Made by a program: the position numbers and the translations under genes. A DNA stretch of 64,000 bases, taken from positions 9,414 to 73,413 of the forward strand of contig JAAZAR010000140.1 of assembly GCA_012514235.1 (NCBI GenBank), in the 5' to 3' direction. Positions 35,311-47,209 of this stretch are shown piece after piece. The notes under the pieces were generated by a model. The model was not told where the DNA came from, made no database searches, and was given only the letters and a program-made list of their open reading frames with translations. This DNA comes from Actinomycetota bacterium. GTDB lineage: Bacteria > Actinomycetota > Thermoleophilia > UBA2241. How positions within the stretch are numbered: position 1 is the first letter of the stretch; each line of letters opens with the position of its first letter.

Positions 35311-36278
35311 GGCTTCTTCACCTCCTGGTCGGCCTCGTTGAAGGCGCGGCCGGCGTGGCGCAGGTACACGTCGTCGAGCGAGGGCCGGGAGACGGTGACC
35401 GAGGCCACCTTGACGCCCTCGGCCTCCAGGGAGGCCAGGACCAGCGGGACGGCGCGGGCGCCGCTGTCGGCCCGCGCGTGCAGCGCGCGGGCCTCGACGC
35501 TGATGTCGTACAGGTCCGGGACGCGCTCGAGCGCCCGCCGGACCTCGCCGTCCATCTGATGCTCCTCCAGCTCGACGTGGATGGCGTCGCCGCGGAGCTC
35601 GCCCTTGAGCTCGTCCGGCGTGCCCTCGGCGACCACCCTGCCGCGGTCGACGATCGCCAGCCGCCTGGCCAGGCCGTCGGCCTCCTCCAGGTAGTGGGTC
35701 GTCATCAGGATGGTGAGGCCTTCGTCGCCGGCGAGGCGCGCGATCTCGTTCCACATGTCCACGCGCGCCTCCGGGTCGAGTCCGGTGGTCGGCTCGTCGA
35801 GGAAGAGCACCTGCGGCCGGTGCATGAGGCCCACGGCGACGTCCAGCTTGCGCTGCATCCCGCCGGAGTAGGTGCGCACGGTACGGTCCGCCGCCTCGGC
35901 GAGCCCGAAGCGGTCGATGAGCTCTTGTGCTCGGGAGTGGAGGGCCGCGCCTCTCATACCGTACACGCGGCCCTGCAGCAGCAGGTTCTCGCGGCCCGTG
36001 GCCTGCAAGTCGAGTCCCGACTTCTGTGCCACGCACCCGATGGCGAGGCGGACCTTGGCCGGATGACGCAGCACGTCGTGCCCGGCCACGAACGCCTCGC
36101 CGGTGTCCGGCCGTGACAGCGTGGTGAGGATCTTCACGGCGGTCGACTTGCCGGCGCCGTTCGGGCCGAGCAGGCCGAACACGCTGCCGGTCTCGACGGC
36201 GAGGCTCACGCCGTCGAGCGCCCGCACGCCTCCCCTGTAGGTCTTGACCAGCCCTCGGGCCTCGATCGCGTTGTCCAT
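35307..36278 (-). CDS. ABC transporter ATP-binding protein (DrrA/daunorubicin-resistance-like)
   Basis: Walker A GPNGAGKST, signature YSGGMQRKL, Walker B LFLDEPTTGLD. Confidence 0.92.
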   Translation of the reverse strand: MDNAIEARGLVKTYRGGVRALDGVSLAVETGSVFGLLGPNGAGKSTAVKILTTLSRPDTGEAFVAGHDVLRHPAKVRLAIGCVAQKSGLDLQATGRENLLLQGRVYGMRGAALHSRAQELIDRFGLAEAADRTVRTYSGGMQRKLDVAVGLMHRPQVLFLDEPTTGLDPEARVDMWNEIARLAGDEGLTILMTTHYLEEADGLARRLAIVDRGRVVAEGTPDELKGELRGDAIHVELEEHQMDGEVRRALERVPDLYDISVEARALHARADSGARAVPLVLASLEAEGVKVASVTVSRPSLDDVYLRHAGRAFNEADQEVKKP

Positions 36279-36367
36279 TCCTTCCGTCCTTCCGTCACCG
36301 GCGTCCGCGCCGGCGCGCGCCGCTTCGTCGCTCTGTCAGATGAGTCAGTGTAGCGATGATTATTAGA

Positions 36368-36395
36368 TTGTCAAACCTTTTACTTGTGGTATCAT
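36368..36395 (+). promoter_or_regulatory. Sigma-70-type promoter (-35 TTGTCA, 16-nt spacer, -10 TATCAT) in the only clearly AT-rich stretch of the ABC/MarR divergent region
   Basis: tagaTTGTCAaaccttttacttgtggTATCATcatgg. Confidence 0.55.
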
Positions 36396-36495
36396 CATGG
36401 TGGCGTACGGCTGTGGGTCCGTGGCGTCACGACCGCGTCCTGCGTGGTCCAGTCCCACAGGTGTTCCCGCTGCAGCGCGGAGGATGGAGACGGCG

Positions 36496-37650
36496 ATGGA
36501 CGATCGTGACCGTGAACACGAACGGCTCGTCGACCAGGTCGGCGTTGAGCTGGACCAGGTGCGGCGCTCGGGCGACCAGCTGGATGAGGCCGTCGCCCTG
36601 CAGTTCGGGCTGAACCGCACCGACCTGCGATGTCTCGGCATCCTGTACCGCCATGGGCGCCTCACCGCCGGCGAGCTTGCGGAGGAGAGCGGGCTGACGC
36701 CCGGAGCCATCACCACCGTGCTGGACAGGCTGGAGCGCGGCGGCTACGCCAACCGGGTCCCGGACCCGGAGGACCGGCGCCGCGTGCTCGTCGTCTCCAC
36801 GGCCGCGACGCGTGAGATCGGCGCCCGCCTGCAGGGAGAGATCGAGCTGGCGACGAGGAAGGTCCTGGAGGAGCGGACGGCGGGCGAGCTCGCCATGATC
36901 CGCGACTACCTGCGCGGCGTGCGAGGCGTGTACGAAGCACAGGTGGCAGCCCTGACGGCGGAGGCCGCGCCCGGCGCTCCGGCCCGGGAGGCCGGCGGTC
37001 TCACGGTGGAAGTCGGCCTCTCCCTGGGCGGCAAGAAGGAGCCCGCGACGAGCTCAGCTCCGCTCGACGGAGTCACAGCGGGGCGTCTCGAGTTCACCAA
37101 GGGCGCCGCCCAGATCGTCCTGAGGGGCGACCCCGGACTCACCGACCTCTACCAGGCGAGCTTCCAGGGGCCCGTACCGGGGATCACGGTGGACGGCGGC
37201 ACCGTGACGGTGCAGCAGCGCCGGCGGTTCCGTCCGTTCGACTGGCGGACCCAGTCCGCCGAGTTCGCGTTGACCGCCGCCGTCCCGTGGGCCATCTCGC
37301 TCCGGGGCGGCTTGTGGAAGCTGTCGGCCGACCTCAGCCCGCTTCAGATCACGAGCCTCGAGGTGGGCGGCGGCGCCAGCGACATCGAGATCACCCTGCC
37401 GGCGCCGGCCGGCTCGGTGCCGGTGCGCATCTCCGGCGGCGCCAGCAAGGTCGTCCTGCGCCGCCCCAAGGGCACGGAGGCTCGGGCGGAGGTGAGCGGC
37501 GGCGCGAGCCAGCTCGTCTTCGACGGCCAGCGTCTGGGCGCCGTCGGCGGGCGCACCGTGCTCGCGTCCAGCGGCTTCGCCGACGCCGAGGACCGCTACG
37601 AGATCCGCTTCGCCGGCGGCGCCAGCAAGGTCACGGTCACGACCGTCTGA
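36496..37650 (+). CDS. MarR-family winged-helix regulator fused to a C-terminal repetitive beta ('toast-rack'/DUF4097-LiaF-like) domain
   Basis: MarR core (LNRTDLRCLGILYRHGRLTAGELAEESGLTPGAITTVLDRLERGGYANRVPDPEDRRRVLV). The C-terminal half has four repeats of GGAS-[DKQ]-h-x-h-x-h. Start at ATG 36496 (GGAGA 5 nt upstream); 36484 and 36397 are alternatives. Confidence 0.78.
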   Translation: MDDRDREHERLVDQVGVELDQVRRSGDQLDEAVALQFGLNRTDLRCLGILYRHGRLTAGELAEESGLTPGAITTVLDRLERGGYANRVPDPEDRRRVLVVSTAATREIGARLQGEIELATRKVLEERTAGELAMIRDYLRGVRGVYEAQVAALTAEAAPGAPAREAGGLTVEVGLSLGGKKEPATSSAPLDGVTAGRLEFTKGAAQIVLRGDPGLTDLYQASFQGPVPGITVDGGTVTVQQRRRFRPFDWRTQSAEFALTAAVPWAISLRGGLWKLSADLSPLQITSLEVGGGASDIEITLPAPAGSVPVRISGGASKVVLRRPKGTEARAEVSGGASQLVFDGQRLGAVGGRTVLASSGFADAEDRYEIRFAGGASKVTVTTV

Positions 37651-37734
37651 CGGGCGCGGCACGAGGCTCGGCGTCTCGCGCACGGCACGAGGACGTCCGA
37701 GCCGTTCGACGGCGGGACGCCGGCGACGGGACGG

Positions 37735-38766
37735 TCACGCCGTCGGGACCACCCCCGCATACGCCGGGGCGAAGAGCGCCGGCGCGCCGCCCGTGTGCAG
37801 GACCACGACGGTGTCGTCCGGCGCGATCGTCCCGGCGCCCACGAGGTCCGACAGAGCGGCCACGGCCTTCGCGGTGTACACGGGATCCAGCACGAGCCCG
37901 GCGGTACGGAGCGCAGTCGAGATCGCCGCAGAAGCAGCGTCCGACACCTGCCCGTACCCGGGCCCCGCGCCGTCGACGAGCACGACGTCCTCGGGCTGCA
38001 GTCGATCTTCCCTGCCGAGCAGCGCGAGGCAGTCGCCGGCCAGGGACGCCACGCGCTCCCGCAGCGTCCCCGCGCCCTTGGCGACGTCGACGCCGATCAC
38101 GCGCGGACCGCGGCCGGCCACCGCGCGCCCTGCCAGCAGGCCCGCCTGGGTCCCGCCGGAACCGCTCGCCGTCACGACCCAGTCGGCGGTCGACCCGGCG
38201 GCGTCGAGCTGCTCGCAGAGCTCCAGATAGGCCTCTGCGTAGCCGACCGCGCCGAGCGGCATCGAGGCGCCCATGGGGATCAGATAGGGCTTTCGTCCAT
38301 CGCCGCGCAGCTCCGCCACGAGCTGGGCCGCGGCGCGGTCGAGCGACTCCCAGTCGTCTTGCGCGACACAGCGAAGGTGCGCTCCGGCCAGCAGGTCCAG
38401 CGTCAGATTGCCGCCCCACATCCGGTCCGGGTCGCCGCCCAGCACGAGATACGCCTCGAGCCCGGTCAGGCAGCCGCAGACGGCTGTGAGGCGGGCGTGG
38501 TTGGACTGCACGGCCCCGATGGTCACCACGCAATCGGCCCCGCCGGCCAGCGCCTCGGCGAGCACGTACTGCAGCTTGCGCACCTTGTTGCCGCCGAGGC
38601 CGGGCCCGGCCAGATCATCCCGCTTCACGAGCAGGGGCGCGCGCAGGCCCAGCGCCCGACCCAGCTCGGGCTCCGTCTCGAGCGGCGTGCCCAGGGCGCC
38701 AAGGTCGACCCTGGCCTGCTTCCCGAGGCCCGCCTCGATGTGGGATCGCCCCCGCCGTGTGATCAT
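37735..38766 (-). CDS. PLP-dependent D-cysteine desulfhydrase / ACC-deaminase family protein
   Basis: 343 aa: LLVKRDDL...GGNKVRKLQYVLAEA (PLP-lysine motif), G.VQSNHAR, GSGGTQAGL. Confidence 0.82.
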   Translation of the reverse strand: MITRRGRSHIEAGLGKQARVDLGALGTPLETEPELGRALGLRAPLLVKRDDLAGPGLGGNKVRKLQYVLAEALAGGADCVVTIGAVQSNHARLTAVCGCLTGLEAYLVLGGDPDRMWGGNLTLDLLAGAHLRCVAQDDWESLDRAAAQLVAELRGDGRKPYLIPMGASMPLGAVGYAEAYLELCEQLDAAGSTADWVVTASGSGGTQAGLLAGRAVAGRGPRVIGVDVAKGAGTLRERVASLAGDCLALLGREDRLQPEDVVLVDGAGPGYGQVSDAASAAISTALRTAGLVLDPVYTAKAVAALSDLVGAGTIAPDDTVVVLHTGGAPALFAPAYAGVVPTA

Positions 38767-38799
38767 CGTCTCGTCGCCCTTCTGGTGGGTCGCGGACTC

Positions 38800-39588
38800 C
38801 TACTCCATCAGCTTGGCCTTGAAGGCCGCGTACTCCTCGTCGGTGAGCTTGCCTCGGTCGTCGAGTCCGGCAAGCTGCGTCAACTGGCCGACGAGGTCGC
38901 CGGCAGCGCCGGCTCGCCGTTCATCCGCGTCGGAGAGGCCGCCATCGAGGGGTACCCCTGCGGCGGCAAGCGTCGGCGCGATGCTCGCGCGCACCTGGGC
39001 GTGGCTCCTGTCACTCACCTCATAGACTGCGCACTGCCCGTCGGCCGTATGCACCATGACGAAGGTCCGGTCTCTCAATCCCTTGGCGGCGAGCCCCAGG
39101 ACGCCGAATGCCAGCACGGGAAGAACCTTCGACACCTCGACCTGGTCGCCGTCTACTGCGATCCTCGAGACCTCGGACATGGCGAGCGCAGCGCCGCCGG
39201 TGGGTCCGGTCGTCAGCACGGGCTGCAGACCGACATGCTCACGCGAGATCCAGAGCTTGCCGGCCCGCCTGGGCCCGAGACTCGAATGACCGCCCAGGTA
39301 GATGGCAGTGCCGACAAGGACCCGCGCTGGGTCAGCGTTCTCGGTGTGGGCAGCCAGTGCCTGCTGAGCGCGGTCGATCAGCTCGTCGCACTCGTCGTCG
39401 TAGCGACCCGGTTCGGTCAGGCGTATCTCAGAGGCGAGCTCGTAGATGCCCTGAGCGATGGCCTGGTCCTCCACGGCGCCGGGCACGGCGTACTGGAGCG
39501 TGTCGAGGGCCTTCCTCGGGCGACCTTCGCCGGACTGCTGCCACGCCGTGGTGAGCCTCTTGCTCGCATCCTGCTCGACGGACCCCAC
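38800..39588 (-). CDS. Hypothetical protein with C-terminal SHOCT domain
   Basis: GTG 39588 with GGAGG 6 nt upstream. 262 aa ending LVGQLTQLAGLDDRGKLTDEEYAAFKAKLME, which fits the SHOCT pattern. TAG stop. Confidence 0.65.
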   Translation of the reverse strand: MGSVEQDASKRLTTAWQQSGEGRPRKALDTLQYAVPGAVEDQAIAQGIYELASEIRLTEPGRYDDECDELIDRAQQALAAHTENADPARVLVGTAIYLGGHSSLGPRRAGKLWISREHVGLQPVLTTGPTGGAALAMSEVSRIAVDGDQVEVSKVLPVLAFGVLGLAAKGLRDRTFVMVHTADGQCAVYEVSDRSHAQVRASIAPTLAAAGVPLDGGLSDADERRAGAAGDLVGQLTQLAGLDDRGKLTDEEYAAFKAKLME

Positions 39589-39608
39589 GTGCCACCTCCA
39601 GACGCCGA

Positions 39609-42241
<2,633 letters not shown>

Positions 42242-42244
42242 GAG

Positions 42245-43342
42245 ATGGGCGGGCTGTCGGCGATCGTGCTGGCCGCCGGCTACGCGTCCCGGATGGGCGA
42301 CCTCAAGCCGCTCGCCGACCTCGGAGGGCGGACCCTGCTCGCCCGGGTCGTCGCCTCCTTCGCCTCGATCGGCGTCGAGGACGTCGTGGTGGTCACGGGT
42401 CATCGCCGTGATGACGTGGCGGCCGCTGCGCACGAGGCCGGCGCACGCACGGTCGTCAATCCCCGCTTCGCCGACGGCATGTACTCGTCGGTCAAGGCAG
42501 GCGCCGCCGCCGTGCCGGAGGGGCGGCGCTTTTTCCTGCTCCCGGTCGACTGCCCGCTCGTGAGACCCGAGACGATGGGCAGGCTGGCGAGGGCGGGGGC
42601 CGCCGCCGGGGCCGCCGTGGTCCTGCCCACATACGGCGGCCTCCCCGGGCATCCGCCCCTGCTGGCGCCCGAGCTCAGGAGCGAGATCCTCGCGGGGGAG
42701 CCTGCCGGCGGCCTCCGCGAGCTGCTGACTGACAGGCCGGAGCCGGCGCTCCGGGTGGAGGTCGACGACCCGGGCGTGGTCACCGACGCGGACACGCCGG
42801 CCGATCTGGAGAGGCTGCGCGCCGTGGTGGCCGCCGAGGAACTGCCGTCGGAGCGGCGCTGCCTCGAGCTCCTCCGGGAACGGGGGGCGAGCGAGGGCCG
42901 GGTCGCGCACTCGCTCGCCGTCGCCGCCGTCGCTGCGGCGCTCGCGGCGGCGCTCAACGAGCGGGACCAGTGCCTGTGCGTCCCCCTCGTCGCCGCCGCC
43001 GCGCTGCTCCATGACGTCGCCCGCGCGGAGCCGCGGCACGCGGAGGCCGGCGCCGCCCTGCTCGAGCGGCTCGGCTACCCGAGGGTGGCGCCGGCCGTGC
43101 GCAGGCACATGCGCCTCGGCGAGACCGCCGCAGGAGACCTCGACGAGGCGCAGGTCGTTTTCCTGGCCGACAAGCTCGTCCAGGACGACCGTCTGGCCGG
43201 CCTGGAGGCCCGTTTCGCCGCGCGGCTTCGCCGGCACGCCGGCGACGACGACGCGCTGGAGGGCGTGCGACAGCGCCTGGAGGAGGCACGAGCCGTCCAG
43301 GCGCGGGTCGAGGCGGTGCTCGGCCGGCCGCTCGGCGTCTGA
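42245..43342 (+). CDS. MobA/MocA-like molybdenum-cofactor nucleotidyltransferase fused to an HD-domain phosphohydrolase
   Basis: N-terminal LSAIVLAAGYASRMG..KPLADLGG and LPVDCPLV. The C-terminal half has H...HD (VAHSLAVA...ALLHDVAR). Confidence 0.8.
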   Translation: MGGLSAIVLAAGYASRMGDLKPLADLGGRTLLARVVASFASIGVEDVVVVTGHRRDDVAAAAHEAGARTVVNPRFADGMYSSVKAGAAAVPEGRRFFLLPVDCPLVRPETMGRLARAGAAAGAAVVLPTYGGLPGHPPLLAPELRSEILAGEPAGGLRELLTDRPEPALRVEVDDPGVVTDADTPADLERLRAVVAAEELPSERRCLELLRERGASEGRVAHSLAVAAVAAALAAALNERDQCLCVPLVAAAALLHDVARAEPRHAEAGAALLERLGYPRVAPAVRRHMRLGETAAGDLDEAQVVFLADKLVQDDRLAGLEARFAARLRRHAGDDDALEGVRQRLEEARAVQARVEAVLGRPLGV

Positions 43343-43362
43343 GCCGCCGCCGGACCTCTCCG

Positions 43363-44829
43363 CTACGCCGTCTCGCCGGCCACCGAGGTCGTCGCCGCCT
43401 CGCCCGGTCGCCGGGCTTGCGGCGCCTGGTCCGCGATCCCGAGGATGCTCCGCGCCGCGATCACGCCGGCGGCCGAGGCCTGGACGAGGCCGCGCGTGAT
43501 GCCGGCCCCGTCGCCCACCGCGTACAGGTTGGCGACGGGCGTCTGCAGCCCCTCGTCCAGCTCCGGGCGCGCCGAGTAGAACTTGACCTCCACGCCGTAG
43601 AGCAGCGTGTCGCGGCCGTTCACGCCGGGCGCCAGCTTGTCCATCGCGGCGAGCATCTCGAGGATGTCCGTGAGGTGCCGGTACGGCAGCACGAACGCCA
43701 GGTCGCCGGCCGTGGCGCCGGCGAGCGTGGGCTGTACGGTCCCTCGCCTGATGCGGTCCCTCGTGCTGCGGTGGCCCTGGTGCAGGTCGCCGAGACGCTG
43801 CACGATGATGTCCTCGCCGAGCACGTTGGCCAGCCGCGCGATGCTCTTGCCGTAGGCGATGGGGTCGTCGAACGGCTCCGTGAAGTCGGTGCTGACCAGC
43901 AGGGCGAAGTTGGTGCGGTCGGTCTTGAAGTCGGCGTAGCTGTGGCCGTTGACGGTGACCACGTCGCCGTAGTTCTCGAGCGAGACGGCGCCGTAGGGGT
44001 TCATGCAGAACGTGCGCACCGGGTCCTCGAAGGTCGGCGTGTAGTAGATGAGCTTGCTCTCGTAGAGCGCGCCGGTGAGCGGCTCCATGATCGCCGCGGA
44101 CGTCTCGACGCGCACCCCGATGTCCACCGGGTTGGTGCGCAGTCCGATCTTGAGGCGCTTGCACTCCTCCACGAGCCACGACGCGCCGTCGCGGCCTGGG
44201 GCCGCGATCACGGCGTCGCTCGTGACGCGCGTCCCGTCCTCCAGCACGACGCCGGTGGCGTGGAGGTCGGCCTCGCCCGGCCGCTTCTCGGCGAGGATAC
44301 GGTCGACCCGGCAGCGGCTGAGCACCTCGACTGCGGGCTCCAGTTCCGCGCGCATGCGCGTGAGGATGTCGTAGGAGCGCTCCGTGCCCATGTGGCGCAC
44401 CGGCGACTCCACCAGGTTCATGCCGTGGAGGAGCGCTTCCCTGCGGATGCGCTCGGACTTCCTGCCCCCGCCGTGGACCTCCTCGGGGGCGCCGTAGTCG
44501 AGCCAGATGCCGTCCACGTAGTGGATGAGCTCGCGCAGGCCGTCCTTGCCGACGAAGCGGTCAAGCCAGCCGCCGACCTCGGGCGAGAGCGTGAGCTTGC
44601 CGTCGCTGAAGGCGCCGGCGCCTCCCCAGCCGCAGGTGATGTCGCACGGCTCGCAGCCGGCGCAGACGCCGGTCGTGCGGGCCGGGCAGCCGCGGCGGCT
44701 GATGTCCGGCCCGCGCTCGACGACGAGCACGGAGGAGCCGCTGCGGCGCACGAGCTCGAGTGCCGCGAAGATCCCGGCCGGCCCGGCGCCGACCACGATG
44801 ACGTCGTAATGAGAGCGTGCGGTGTCCAT
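43363..44829 (-). CDS. FAD-dependent protein (COG2509-like uncharacterised dehydrogenase)
   Basis: YDVIVVGAGPAGIFAALEL at the N-terminus, GDGAG..RG near the C-terminus, and a Cys cluster CPARTTGVCAGCEPCDITCGWGGAG. TAG stop. Confidence 0.78.
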   Translation of the reverse strand: MDTARSHYDVIVVGAGPAGIFAALELVRRSGSSVLVVERGPDISRRGCPARTTGVCAGCEPCDITCGWGGAGAFSDGKLTLSPEVGGWLDRFVGKDGLRELIHYVDGIWLDYGAPEEVHGGGRKSERIRREALLHGMNLVESPVRHMGTERSYDILTRMRAELEPAVEVLSRCRVDRILAEKRPGEADLHATGVVLEDGTRVTSDAVIAAPGRDGASWLVEECKRLKIGLRTNPVDIGVRVETSAAIMEPLTGALYESKLIYYTPTFEDPVRTFCMNPYGAVSLENYGDVVTVNGHSYADFKTDRTNFALLVSTDFTEPFDDPIAYGKSIARLANVLGEDIIVQRLGDLHQGHRSTRDRIRRGTVQPTLAGATAGDLAFVLPYRHLTDILEMLAAMDKLAPGVNGRDTLLYGVEVKFYSARPELDEGLQTPVANLYAVGDGAGITRGLVQASAAGVIAARSILGIADQAPQARRPGEAATTSVAGETA

Positions 44830-45187
44830 GACGTTGGCGGGGGGTCGACGAAAGGGTGTGGAGTTCCCTTGCACAGATGATAGCCGTGGCCTGAACGCGT
44901 GACAAACGTCGCGCGTCTCGAAGGGTGTCCGGCGGCAGAGCTGCAGGCTCGATGACGCCCGCGGCGGAAGCGCCGCCGGCAGCGCCGCAGGAGGACGCCG
45001 CGCCGGGGCAGGCCGGTGCCGGCAGCGGCAGGGGGGCGGGGACCAGGCGGGGCGGGCGGCCCGTCACGGGCCGCCCGCCCGTTCCCCGCCGTCGCTCTCC
45101 GGCCCGGCGGCTCGCGCCGACCGCGCGTCTTGCCAGCCCGCGGATCCGGTCGATACGCTCACCCTCGCAGATTCTCGCGACCCCGAG

Positions 45188-45709
45188 GTGAGCATGGACT
45201 ACCCCGACCGCGATCCCGTCCTCACGCGGCGCAGCATCCGCGCGTACCGCGACGAGCCGGTCGACGACGCCACCGTGGAGCGGCTGCTCCGCGCCGGCAT
45301 GGCCGCTCCGTCGGCCGGCAACCAGCAGCCGTGGCAGTTCATCGTCATCCGCGACCGGGCCACCCTTGACCAGATCCCGACGTGGCATCCGTACGCGAAG
45401 ATGCTGCCGTCGGCGCCGGTGGCGGTGCTCGTCCTGGGGGACCCGGCCGGGGTCAAGTGGGCCGGGATGTGGCCGCAGGACTGCGCGGCGTGCGTCCAGA
45501 ACATGCTGATCGAGGCCGAGCTCCTCGGCCTGGGGGCCGTGTGGCTCGGCGTCCACCCGCTGCCCGAGCGCGAGGCCGCGCTGCGCGAGCTCCTCGGCAT
45601 CCCCGAGGAGCTGGTGCCCTTCGCGCTCGTCCCGTTCGGCTGGCCGCGGCAGCGCAAGGAGCCGGCGGACCGGTACGACCCGTCGCGCGTCCACTACGAG
45701 CGCTGGTGA
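45188..45709 (+). CDS. Nitroreductase-family flavoprotein
   Basis: 173 aa: RRSIRAY.DEPV......RLL.AGM.APSAGN.QPW.F.V. Confidence 0.85.
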   Translation: MSMDYPDRDPVLTRRSIRAYRDEPVDDATVERLLRAGMAAPSAGNQQPWQFIVIRDRATLDQIPTWHPYAKMLPSAPVAVLVLGDPAGVKWAGMWPQDCAACVQNMLIEAELLGLGAVWLGVHPLPEREAALRELLGIPEELVPFALVPFGWPRQRKEPADRYDPSRVHYERW

Positions 45710-45895
45710 GCGCCGCGGAGCCGTCGCCGGCCGGTCAACGGCGAGGCCTCTGTTTCTACCGCCCCGTCCGGGGGTAGTCTTGGCATCCGACCCGTGATGC
45801 GGCGGGTGCCGCCCTCCGGCCCGGCGCCGGCGAGACAGGCTCCGCCCCACGGGTCGTCAGCATGACTCATTGCAGACGGAGCGAAGGGGTGAGCC

Positions 45896-46216
45896 GTGAC
45901 CGGACCGTGCTGGGTCCCGACCATCGACGACACCACAGTCCCTGACGGCGCGTACGTCGCCGTCTTCCCCAAAGGTCTCGGCGTGCTGCTGACGCGCGTC
46001 GACGGGGACCTCTACGCGGTCGCCAACAAGTGCGCCCATATGGGCTGCCCCATGGAGGGCGGCAAGCTCGAGGGGTACGTCCTCACGTGCCCGTGCCACG
46101 ACTGGCGGTTCGACGTGCGCACCGGCGTCTTCCTCGACGCGCCGGAGCTCTCGATCCGGACGTTCCCGCTCAAGGTCGAGGACGGGAAGGTCCACGTCGA
46201 GGTAGGGGGCGCGTGA
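45896..46216 (+). CDS. Rieske [2Fe-2S] ferredoxin
   Basis: 106 aa with CAHMGCPM...CPCHDWRF (CxH...CxxH). AAGGGG upstream of GTG 45896. Confidence 0.88.
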   Translation: MTGPCWVPTIDDTTVPDGAYVAVFPKGLGVLLTRVDGDLYAVANKCAHMGCPMEGGKLEGYVLTCPCHDWRFDVRTGVFLDAPELSIRTFPLKVEDGKVHVEVGGA

Positions 46217-46482
46217 TGGTCGACGAGGTCTTCGTCTACGCGCTCAGCACCTGTCCCTGGTGCCGCAAGACCAAGCAGTGGTTCGACGACAGCAGGATCG
46301 CCTACGACTTCGTCGACGTGGACAAGCTGCCGGACGACGAGCAGGACGCCGCCGCCGACAAGGCCTACGAGCTCAGCGGCGGCCGCCGCTTCCCCGTGGT
46401 GGTCATCAACGGCGAGGTGATCGTGGGCTACAGCCCCGACAAGTTCCTCGAGCATCTCAAGGGCTGGGGAGGGGGCTCATGA
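46216..46482 (+). CDS. Glutaredoxin/NrdH-like small thiol-disulfide oxidoreductase (CPWC)
   Basis: 88 aa: VFVYALSTCPWCRKTKQWF...RFPVVVINGEVIVGYSPDKF. The ATG overlaps the upstream TGA by 1 nt. Confidence 0.85.
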   Translation: MVDEVFVYALSTCPWCRKTKQWFDDSRIAYDFVDVDKLPDDEQDAAADKAYELSGGRRFPVVVINGEVIVGYSPDKFLEHLKGWGGGS

Positions 46483-46805
46483 GCACGGACGCCCGCAAGG
46501 AGTCGCTCAGGTATCTCTTCGAGCGCGTCGTCACGCCGCTCGGCTACAAGTTCAGCCCCGACGAGCAGCTGGTCGACGACCTGCTCGAGGCCGAGGTCCA
46601 GCTGGAGCAGGACCACGGTGCCCCCTTCTGCCCCTGTCAGGGGCGCACCGGGGTCCGCGAGGAGGACATGAAGATCGTGTGTCCCTGCATCCCGTTCCAC
46701 CGCGCCCACTTCGACGCGATGAGGCGCTGCTGGTGCGGTCTCTACGTCCACCTGGACGTCACGGATCCGGACAGCCTGCCCCAGTTCCCGCCCGACGAGG
46801 TCTGA
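46479..46805 (+). CDS. Ferredoxin:thioredoxin reductase catalytic (beta) subunit-like protein
   Basis: 108 aa with Cys pattern FCPCQ-X14-CPCIPF-X13-CWC, resembling the FTRc CPC...CPC...CHC motif. ATGA overlap with the upstream gene. Confidence 0.78.
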   Translation: MSTDARKESLRYLFERVVTPLGYKFSPDEQLVDDLLEAEVQLEQDHGAPFCPCQGRTGVREEDMKIVCPCIPFHRAHFDAMRRCWCGLYVHLDVTDPDSLPQFPPDEV

Positions 46806-46807
46806 CC

Positions 46808-47209
46808 ATGTGGCACGAAGTAGCCAAGACCGACGATATCGCCCCCGGCGGCATGAAGTACGTGCGCGCCGCCGGCCGCGAGATCTGCCTCTGCGAACAC
46901 GACGGCTCCTTCTATGCGGTGAGCCGTCGCTGCGGGCACCAGAACGCCCCGCTCAACGAGGGGGCGCTCGAGGGATGGATCCTCACCTGCCCGCTCCACA
47001 ACGCCCAGTTCGACATCCGCTCGGGGACCAATCTCGCGTGGCCCATCGATCACGACATGGGACCGGAGGAGGACGTGCCCGAGCCGGTGCGGCGCTTCTT
47101 CAAGCTCGAGAAGCGACTGCAGTGGAAGACGCGAGTGCACGACCTGCACACCTACGCCGTGCGCGTGCAGGACGGCGCGGTCGAGGTCGACGTGCCGGAG
47201 CAGGTCTGA
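46808..47209 (+). CDS. Rieske [2Fe-2S] ferredoxin, second copy with C-terminal extension
   Basis: 133 aa with CGHQNAPL...CPLHNAQF. It starts 2 nt after the upstream stop. Confidence 0.85.
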   Translation: MWHEVAKTDDIAPGGMKYVRAAGREICLCEHDGSFYAVSRRCGHQNAPLNEGALEGWILTCPLHNAQFDIRSGTNLAWPIDHDMGPEEDVPEPVRRFFKLEKRLQWKTRVHDLHTYAVRVQDGAVEVDVPEQV

